A DNA stretch of 20,000 nt, taken from Dirinaria sp. TL-2023a (Eukaryota). Position numbers and translations under genes: made by a program. Location: the NCBI GenBank assembly GCA_051941275.1, contig JAVEBF010000006.1:46593-66592 (forward strand), in the 5' to 3' direction. The notes below the pieces were generated by a model. It was not told where the DNA came from. It saw nothing but the letters and a program-made list of their open reading frames with translations, and ran no database searches. Position 1 is the first letter of the stretch, and each line of letters starts with the position of its first letter. Of this stretch, positions 12,001 to 20,000 are shown in pieces.

Positions 12001-13442
12001 TCAATTCGGTAGGTCCTTGGTGGTCGAGAGCAGATGTATTCCTGGAACGGAGTCAGTCAAAACAGTGACGGCATCGATGCGTTGGGCCCGGCTTACCATA
12101 GGTTCCGTCCTCATTACTCCAACAGTCTGTTTCACTCAGACCCGCATCCGCCCAGAGCTGCTCTTGCTGTTTAGTGTTGTACTTGAAGCTATGGACGATC
12201 GGTATAGCCTTCCAACTTTTGAGCAGCCGATTCCCAAAAACAACATCGTCCATCGGAACGAGATACTGATCATGAACCCCCAACGCTGGGTTCCACTCTC
12301 CACGGACTACCCAGTGTTCAGGGTCGAAGGCCTCGTAGCCCAGGAGATGATTGGCATGGCCCAGCGCATTGAGGACGAAGCGTGAGTTGCGTCCCGCAGG
12401 GTCACAGTACGCCCGGCGAACCCGTTCGGGGGACATGCAGGCGTCGACGCCGACGAGGATGGACGATACTCCTCCATGCTGGGGGTCGGTGGACGAAGCT
12501 TTACAAGTCAAGGAATTCGCGAAGCCTGCTAGGAATTGGGCGGCTTCGGGGCGAGTGAAGCTGCCGATGGTCGAGCCCATGGATAGGATGCATTTGGGCC
12601 GGTGGACGTTCTCGGGGCGTTGCAGCCATTGGCGACCGTCGTCGTAGGTGCCTAGCAAACCGCGACAGCGCACATGCTTGAATGCGCCGGAGGGGATCTG
12701 CTTCAGGCTGCGCTCCAGCTCGGACTCGGATAAGTCCAGCGCATAGTAGTCGACCTCTGTACCGAGGCTGTCCAGCGCTTTGAGGAGGATTGTGATTTTT
12801 CGGAGGTTTCTGTCATTAGGAATAGTAGTGCTCAGTGTCAGTTAGGTAAGGTAGGTGTGTGCCAGTGTGGGGGGGATCTTGCACTAGCCTAGCCTCGCCT
12901 GGAACCTGCCCCGAACAACCGCCCCCCGGTCACCCGTTGCTAGCTCAGCCGGGGCGGCTACTTGGACTAGGATAGGTATGGAATGTAGGTACGAGTACAT
13001 GGTATGTAGGTGATATTATGATACTACATCAAGGAAACAGCTTCCATCCTGGAAATTCTTACCCGCTTCCCAACTCCACCATCATCGTATTCGGCGCAAT
13101 CTTCTTCGCCATCTCCTTGCCATACTTTTCCAGCACATGGATCTCCGACTGGGTCAGGTAGTACTCGTCGCTGTAGGTGATCGCTTCAAACAGCTTCAAG
13201 CCGTTGGCGTCCCACAGCAGGAGGGAAGGGAAGGTTGGTGGAGAGTCGCCGGAGGGACCTCCTGCCAGACTTGTGCGGAGGGTTTCCAGCAACGAAAGCT
13301 GTTGCTTGTCGGCCCGGATGTCGATGATAGCGCGAGAAAAGTCGTGATCATAGTCATTCTTATCATCATCAGGGCCGCGGCCATCTTGCTTCGCGTTTCC
13401 TTTGAACATCGTGGGGATCTCCGGATCTAGTAGAGGAGACAT
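12001..13442 (-). CDS. Stand-alone SAM-dependent N-methyltransferase of the EgtD/Egt1/EasF (Methyltransf_33) family, ~377 aa
   Basis: Exons 13442-13063, 12809-12097, 12041-12001; introns 13062-12810 (253 nt) and 12096-12042 (55 nt). Motifs closely follow the Egt1 methyltransferase domain: IIDIR, PSLLLWDANGLKLFEAITYSDEYYLT, MVELGSGNLRKITILL, VDYYALDLSESELERSL, GLLGTYDDG, GSTIGSF, LVGVDAC, SFKY, YGIHLL. The stop (TGA at 12003-12001) follows directly, so there is no sulfoxide-synthase domain. Confidence 0.93.
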
Positions 13443-13957
13443 CCTTATGATGTGATGGCTTGAATTGAGTTCGGTATTTTCAAGTACTTGTACTCAATTG
13501 CTGCAGGATTTTTATGTTGTATTTTTTTTTTCAGTGTTTATATACCTTACATTAGTGATGAAGCGCCTCAACGTGTGCGATGGTGATGTCATGCTTAACA
13601 TCACACCACGTCCAACTACTTTACCTTACCTACCTTACTTATTGTTCTACACACATTAGTTTCTTCATTGTTGAACCCTAATTCAACTCCTGCAGCTGCC
13701 ATTGTAGTACTGCGACTTATCATAAAGCGACCATACCCTGATCGCTCGTCTGTTTCTTGTCGCGAAATCAGTCAGTTGGTCGTTCATTTTTCTTTTCCTC
13801 TTTCTTCGCAATCTGATTTGCTTTTCATCTCATTCTCGATGTCAGAGAAAGGTTCGATATGCATATAATCGCCTAGGAGCTGGAAGGAAAAGATATTAAG
13901 CCGGCCAACTCACGCAAACAATAGCACGTACCATTGGAACCCCGTTCAGGTCTTACC
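13443..13957. promoter_or_regulatory. Probable bidirectional promoter between the methyltransferase and the FAD monooxygenase
   Basis: 515-bp head-to-head intergenic spacer. It is AT-rich, with a T-run near 13523-13531, a TATA-like TTTATATA near 13537-13544 and pyrimidine-rich tracts around 13785-13835. No specific transcription factor site was identified. Confidence 0.55.
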
Positions 13958-15987
13958 ATGGCGCCCGCCCGAAACCCAGCAGTCTCACACGTGGACCTGA
14001 TCATCATTGGAGCTGGTCCCGCGGGTTTGATGGCTGCCGCTTGGGCCAGTTCCTATGGCATCTCGACCCGCATCCTTGACAAGAATGCCTCGAGGGTCAA
14101 GACTGGACATGCTGATGGCTTACAATCTCGGACACTGGAGATCTTTGATAGCTTCGGCTTCGCAGATCGCCCGCTGAAAGAAGGCTTCCACGTCCTAGAG
14201 ATCTGCTCTTGGGTTAGGCGTCTGCATGCCTCCCAGTGACTGTTGAGTGGGACTAGCTGACCCACCTGTAGAACCCAGATAAGAATGGAAGGCTCCAGAG
14301 AACACAGCGAGCCGTGGCCCAACGACCAGGTGTGAGCAGGTTCCAGCAAGTCGCGTTCAACCAGGGCGGTATTGAAGAGATCATCACCGAATTCCTCGGA
14401 CGCAACGGTGATCTTAAAGTTGAGAGGAATGTAGAACCCACTAGCTTACACTTGGACCGTGCTGTCATTGATAACCCAGACGCATGGCCTATTACTTTGA
14501 CCATTCATCATGGCATCCCCGATCAAGCCGGAGCAGTTTCTACGCATCGGCTCGTTGATGGCCGCCCTGCACAAAGACATCTCAAAACCCACAGTCAGAC
14601 CTCACCAGGTCTTTCTCCTACAGAAGGTGAAAATGAAATCATCAAAGCAAAATATCTCATTGGCTGCGATGGTGCCCACAGCTGGACGCGGAATGAGATA
14701 GGGCTCTCACTGGTCGGCGAATCCACAGACCAGGTATGGGGTGTCATAGACATCATCCCGCTTACAGACTTTCGTGGGTCTTGTACCGCTGCTGACTGGA
14801 TCCAATGCTGACATCTGCCAGCGGATGTTCGACTGTCTTGTGCAATCCACTCTGCTTCATGCGGTACCATTATGACCGTGCCCCGTGAACGCCGACTAGT
14901 TCGTTTCTACATCCAGCTCATGGAAGTCAGTGAAGGGCGCACGTTTGATCGTTCAAGTGTCAGCTTGAAATCGATATTCGAGACTGCTCAGAAAATCATA
15001 GCACCATATAAGCTAGAGTACAGTTACTGCGACTGGTGGTCCATTTACCAGATTGGTCAACGCGTTGCTCCCAAGTTCGATGTTGGCCGCAGAATCTTTC
15101 TCGCCGGGGACGCTGTCCATAATCACTCTCCAAAAGCCGGTCAGGGCATGAATGTCTCGATGCAGGATACCTACAACCTCTGCTGGAAGGTTTCCTCCGT
15201 CCTCAAAGGCTATGCCAAAGCCGACATACTCGAAACGTATCACTCCGAGCGTCACCAAGTAGCGGAACAGCTGATCGAGATTGATCATGAAATATCTCGC
15301 TTTTACTCTGTGAATTCTGCCGGCCGAAGCGACTATCAGGCGTTTCGAAACAGATTTGCCAACTTCTTGAGCGGAGTCGCTGTAGCTTATGGAGAGAGCA
15401 TACTCGTAAAACCATCAGATCACGAGGTAGTAGATACTAAGAGCTCATCTCCGGTAGCAGTCAAAGTTCAGCTTGGAGCCCGGCTGCCTTCCTACCAAGT
15501 GCTAAATCAGTCCAATGCGAAGCCGACGCAGATTGCGGATATGCTTCGTAGCGATGGTAGATGGCGCATCCTCGTTCTTGCAGGCGACTTGCACGACCAA
15601 GTGCACCGTTCTCGAGTCAACGAGCTGGGAGATGCCTTCCGTCAACTTTTGATACGCTATACCGGTCTTGAGACGCGAATAGACGCAGTCATTGAACTTT
15701 TGACCATTCACTCGGCTCCTCGAGTGGATGTCGAATTATTGGACTTGCACGAGATATATCATCCGTGGGACGAATCTGCAGGTTGGGACTACGAAAAGGT
15801 GTACACGGATGATCTGTCTCACCATGAAGGGTTCGAGAACGCTTACGAGAAATATGGGATCCACCGGACACACGGCGGCGTAATCGTGTGCAGGCCCGAT
15901 CAGCACGTCGGCTGCATAACCTGTTTGGATGAGGCTCCCGGGGTCCTGGAGGATTATTTTGATAGGATCTTGATAAAGCAGAGATAA
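13958..15987 (+). CDS. FAD-dependent aromatic hydroxylase, phenol 2-monooxygenase family (FAD_binding_3 plus C-terminal thioredoxin-like dimerisation domain), ~640 aa
   Basis: Exons 13958-14212, 14272-14773, 14822-15987; introns 14213-14271 and 14774-14821. Motifs: IIGAGPAGL, GHADGLQSRTLEIF, YLIGCDGAHSWTR, WGVIDIIPLTDFPDVR, PRERRLVRFYIQL, YQIGQRVA, RIFLAGDAVHNHSPKAGQGMNVSMQD, SDGRWRILVLAGD, RPDQHVG. Confidence 0.95.
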
Positions 15988-16985
15988 AGCCCCTGGGACT
16001 TCGACCGAGGCGTGGATATCTGTTGCCCATTCGTCAGGCACACTGATTCGCCTTTTGCTTTCCATGCATGTGAGGCAGGGGCTTCCGCTGCGATAGGAAG
16101 CTTGACACTGCTCCAGAGCGCGGGCCTTTGTGCATTGGATATGCAACTGTGCTTCTTCATCGCGCTAGCTCTATACTATATGTGACGTTTTGGCAAGAAG
16201 GCGCCAATGATTTGCTCGAAGATTGAATTATCTCACAGACAAAATCTGGACTTTTGCAGGGTAACCTCTAGGCATGCAATTGCTTATACAACTGGTGCTT
16301 ATGCGCGCTTGACAGCGCGAGCCGATGTCTGCAATTCCCGTCCAATTTCGCCTTTCTCACTTGCATACCTCACTATAACGAATACCAACAACACCGTTAC
16401 ATCAAGCCCACAGAGGAGCGCTCAAGCAGTTGCCCAGCCGGGAGTGCGGAGCAAGCTTTCTGACTGCGCCGTGGGCCGGCTGTTCATTGCTTATCTGTTT
16501 TAGCAAACAGCCGACGCTTATGTTTCGGAGGTTATTGATAATGAGACGGTTATGATTCGCCAACGCTCTACATCCTCTAGGGCGGAAGAGGAAGGTACCC
16601 GAGCGGAGGGTGGTATTCCCAACTTTCCCCCTCCCCAGATCTTCACGAAAATGCACTATCGCCACAGGAGTGACAGGACCTGCTTCGAAGAGGGCATCCC
16701 TTGCATGCACCATCAATTAGCAATGTCGCTCACCATGGTACTTTCACCTGATTTGCACAGACTTGGCGACTGCTCCGATTGCCGAGGCCAGCTTATTCGG
16801 CATGAAGCTCTGTTTGCACGCAAGCCACCGAAGGAGGGAACGGCAGCAGGTCCTCATGACCTTCATGATACAAATATCGAGCATGTCCTGCATTCACTAG
16901 TCCTTGTTCGACTGTACCTCGCCCTACTGGCAGAATTGCGTTCGGTGTACGAGTACTGCCCTCACAGACTGGACTTTTCCACATC

Positions 16986-19034
16986 ATGGCCAAGCCTGCC
17001 GTACTCGCCATCGGCGGAGGTGACCCTCGCTTGAGTGTCGACGAGGGCAAAAATGGCATCTCATCGATGGCCTACACATTACCACAAATGCGCAAGCTTC
17101 ACGATGCGAGCGTGACGTTCGAGGAGTACAATTACTACGCCAGGAAGACGCGGGCAGAGGAAGACTCGGACGCTGCGGAGGAGAGATCAGCTGGTGGCAC
17201 GACGGGCATTCTCGGCGTCATCTTCCCGTCCAAGTCTGACAAGGGCGTCGAGCGTGTGGGCGAGAAGCGGGGCTCCGTGATTGCTGCAACGGTCAATCTG
17301 TCGAACCCCGACAAACGAGCCCAGATCAGCGACGAAGAATGGACCAACGCCAATAGGGCTCTGCGGACAGCGACTTGGGGCGCCATCTTCTATCTGATTA
17401 CAACAGACATTTTAGGGCCTTTTGGCCTTCCCTATGCCTTCGCATCTATGGGATGGGGGTGAGAGGATCCCATGGCAATCTGATGTTACATAGGGCAATG
17501 TTTCGCTGACATATCTTACATAGGCCTGGTGTAGCCCTCTTCACTGTCTTCGCAGCCCTGGCAGGTTATTCGGGATATCTTTTGTGGATGTGCTTCATGG
17601 GATTGGACTCGTATGAATTTCCCGTCAAGAGCTTTGGCGACGTAGGCTTCCGCCTTTATGGCTGGCCCATCCGGATCCTTTTCAACCTCCTACAAGCCAT
17701 CCAATTGGTGCTCAACGTCGGCTTGATCGTCATCTCGAACGGCGAGGCGCTGTCGCAGGCTGCCAAATTCAAGCTCTGCTTTGCCGTCTGCTGTCTGGTT
17801 TGGACGATTGCGGGGTTCTTGTTCGGACAGGTCCGCACCCTCCAGAAGTTCGGATGGCTGGCAAATGCCGCTGTGTGGCTCAACATCATCGTTATCGGCA
17901 TTACAATGGGAGCTTCGGCAACGACAGCGCCCAATTACCAGGCGGCCGATCTGGCCGCTGGCGCAGGCTTGAACAATGGTACTTCGGTCACTCCAGACCC
18001 TACCACTGGCGTCTTTCCCCCCGTCATGCATACCGCCGGTCTTCCCGACACGGGCAGCTTTATCGGCAGCTTGAATGGAGCTATGCAGGCGGTGTTCTCC
18101 TACGGAGGATCTATGATTTTCCCAGAACTCATGTCCGAGATGAAGCGACCACGGGATTTCCTTAAGGTTCGAATCTCCCTCTCCCCCTCTCATCTCAATA
18201 TATTTGTCAGCTCAGCTAACGTTCTGATCAAAAACAGGGGATGTGGTTCGCGCAACTCTTCATCTATTTCATCTACATGTTCTACGGTCTCTTCATGTAC
18301 GGTTACCAGGGCCAATACGTCGTCAACCCCAGCTACCTCGGCATATCGAAATACAATCTTCAAACGGCAGGGAATGTGTTCGCGATGGTAAGCGCGCTCA
18401 TTGCCGCCGCCCTGTACGGCAACATTGGCGTCAAAGGTACGGTTTAGCTCTCTCTCTCTCTCTCTCGCTTCAACCCGTCCCCCATCCCCTCTCTCTCCCT
18501 GGCCGACCAAAAACCGCCCAACTTACCAAAACCAACCAAACAGTGATCTACAACAACATCTTCGTCGAGCTCTTCCGCGCCCCGCCCCTGACCACCAAAC
18601 CGGGGAAAATGGCCTGGGTAGCCATGATCCCGATCTACTGGTCCATCGCCTTCGTGATCGCGGCGGGCATCCCCGATTTCACGGGCCTCACCTCCCTCGT
18701 CGCCTCCATCTGCATCCTGCAATTCACATACACCTTCCCGCCCCTCCTGGCCGTCGCGTACATGGTGAAGCGCAACGCGATGCGCGCGGACGAAGGGTTC
18801 GATCCCGCCACGGGCGAGACGCGGAGGGTGGATGGTGGCGTGAAGAGGTTTGTCAGGGGTTTCATGGGCGAGCGGTGGTATATGAATGTTTTTAATGTGC
18901 TGTATATGCTGGGTGCGATGGCCATGGCTGGGTTGGGCGCGTACGCGGCCATTGAGAATCTGATTGAGGCGTTTGATAACGGCGCCGCGAATAGTTTTGT
19001 TTGTCAGAGTCCATTGGAGGGGGCTACTGGCTAG
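16986..19034 (+). CDS. Amino acid transporter (Aa_trans/AAAP family, neutral amino acid permease-like), ~601 aa
   Basis: Exons 16986-17458, 17524-18166, 18238-18436, 18544-19034; introns 17459-17523, 18167-18237, 18437-18543, all GT..AG and frame-consistent. Motifs: RTATWGAIFYLITTDILGPFGLPYAFASMGWGPG, KSFGDVGFRLYG, GQVRTLQKFGWLAN, MQAVFSYGGSMIFPELMSEMKRPRDFLKG, YWSIAFVIAAGIP, QFTYTFPP, plus many transmembrane segments. Confidence 0.93.
18448..18466 (+). repeat. (CT)9 microsatellite in intron 3 of the amino acid transporter
   Basis: ctctctctctctctctctc read directly from the sequence. Confidence 0.9.
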
Positions 19035-19037
19035 TTT

Positions 19038-19050
19038 TGTGTGTGTGTGT
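19038..19050 (+). repeat. (TG)6 microsatellite just after the amino acid transporter stop codon
   Basis: tgtgtgtgtgtgt read directly from the sequence. Confidence 0.8.
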
Positions 19051-19288
19051 CTATCTATACTTGAGCAATCAGATGGGAAAGGGGGAAGAGGAGAGCAGGC
19101 TGCTTATCTTTACTTTCTTGTAGGGATTTAAGGGAATGTTGATAGCGACGTAAGGTATTCTGGTGATGAAGATGATATTTTGAAATCTTAGCGACGTTGG
19201 TTCGATGATATACTAGTAGTAAATCCTAAATCAAATCAGATGAAAGATATATGATACTCCAGTTCCCCTTGACCCTGTTCTTTTAAGC

Positions 19289-19300
19289 AAAAAAAAAAAA
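19289..19300 (+). repeat. A12 homopolymer in the AT-rich downstream region
   Basis: Twelve consecutive A residues. Confidence 0.85.
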
Positions 19301-20000
19301 GCATGGCGTTACACACACCAATCCATCCTACCTGCCTAAACATAGAGACTCAAGCTCCTCAAGTCTCCTCGCCCGAATTTCTTCAAGTCCTCATTAATAC
19401 AGCGCAGCGCAACCAACAAAAAGCTCCCATTTCCCTCTCTTTTAATTCATCCTTTCGCAAGACTCTGATTCCCATCCACTCTGTCCAGAGGGAGGAACTG
19501 ATCCCTCTACTGTACTTAGAAAAAAAAGCCGCGGAACTACCACTTATCATTTTTGCTAGATGGATGTTCGTATGTTTCTCTCTTTTTTCCGATGCCGCTC
19601 TAGTTACATGTATACATACCTAGAAAAGAAAAAAAATTTAAAGGAAAGGAATGGTTTTCTGATATCGATACATAGATACAGCTTAAATGTTAACAGGTTC
19701 TCATTGCTCTTCTTCCTCGTCCCGGCACTCTTGTTGAAACCCGGTGCGTTTTATATCCAGATCTATCTAGAATCTCATTCAAAAATTTACATTTTTCTTT
19801 AAATGCCCACACAAACCCACGAAGAAAGAACGAGGGGGGGTTAAGGAGCAGCAAGAAGATACACCAATTCTTATCTTCGTACTAAGAGCTCAGTAGGCTC
19901 AACAACGGGAGAAAGAAAGGTGACGGCTTCATCTCCGTTCTTCTGCCTTGCAAATATTTCGAGAGCCAATAAGTAAATAAAAGAGGATTCAGCTCTGTAC

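Noticed and set aside
11816..12647. Plus-strand ORFs of 189 and 98 aa
   Set aside because: They are antisense to methyltransferase exon 2 and have no recognisable motifs.
12900..12965. TPP riboswitch in the long intron (GCUGAG present on the transcript strand)
   Set aside because: The conserved CUGAGA and UGAUxxxGxUAAU..GCG elements are absent, and the gene is not thiamine-related.
12001..13442. Calling the methyltransferase egt1 (ergothioneine) or easF (ergot alkaloid cluster)
   Set aside because: It has no fused sulfoxide synthase domain and lacks the His-binding Glu. EasF signatures are missing, and no dmaW/easE/easC-like genes are in the window.
19303..19802. Two short ORFs at the right end
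   Set aside because: The sequence is AT-rich and low-complexity with homopolymers, typical of UTR or intergenic DNA.
1..20000. Transposons, tRNA/rRNA genes, CRISPR arrays
   Set aside because: No transposase or reverse transcriptase motifs, terminal repeats, cloverleaf structures or repeat-spacer arrays were seen by eye.

Overview
Intron-rich eukaryotic DNA from a filamentous ascomycete. Short GT-AG introns with CTRAC-type branch points support this; two orphan secreted-protein genes hint at a lichen-forming Lecanoromycete, which is inference only. Splicing by hand gives eight protein-coding genes. Left half: the 5' part of a secreted GH5 endo-beta-1,4-mannanase (minus, runs off the left edge), an STL1-like sugar/polyol MFS transporter, and two small secreted orphan proteins (one Cys-free, one with a 4-Cys KP4/Ecp2-like pattern). 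Right half (10.2-19.0 kb): a compact four-gene block of a monocarboxylate-type MFS transporter, a stand-alone EgtD/Egt1-family (Methyltransf_33) N-methyltransferase lacking the histidine-binding residues, a divergently transcribed phenol-hydroxylase-type FAD monooxygenase, and an amino-acid permease. That block is the best candidate for an undescribed system: a gene cluster with no NRPS/PKS backbone that could make and transport an N-methylated, ring-hydroxylated aromatic amino acid (e.g. a Tyr/DOPA betaine like the lichen compound sticticin). No RNA genes, transposons or CRISPR arrays were recognised.
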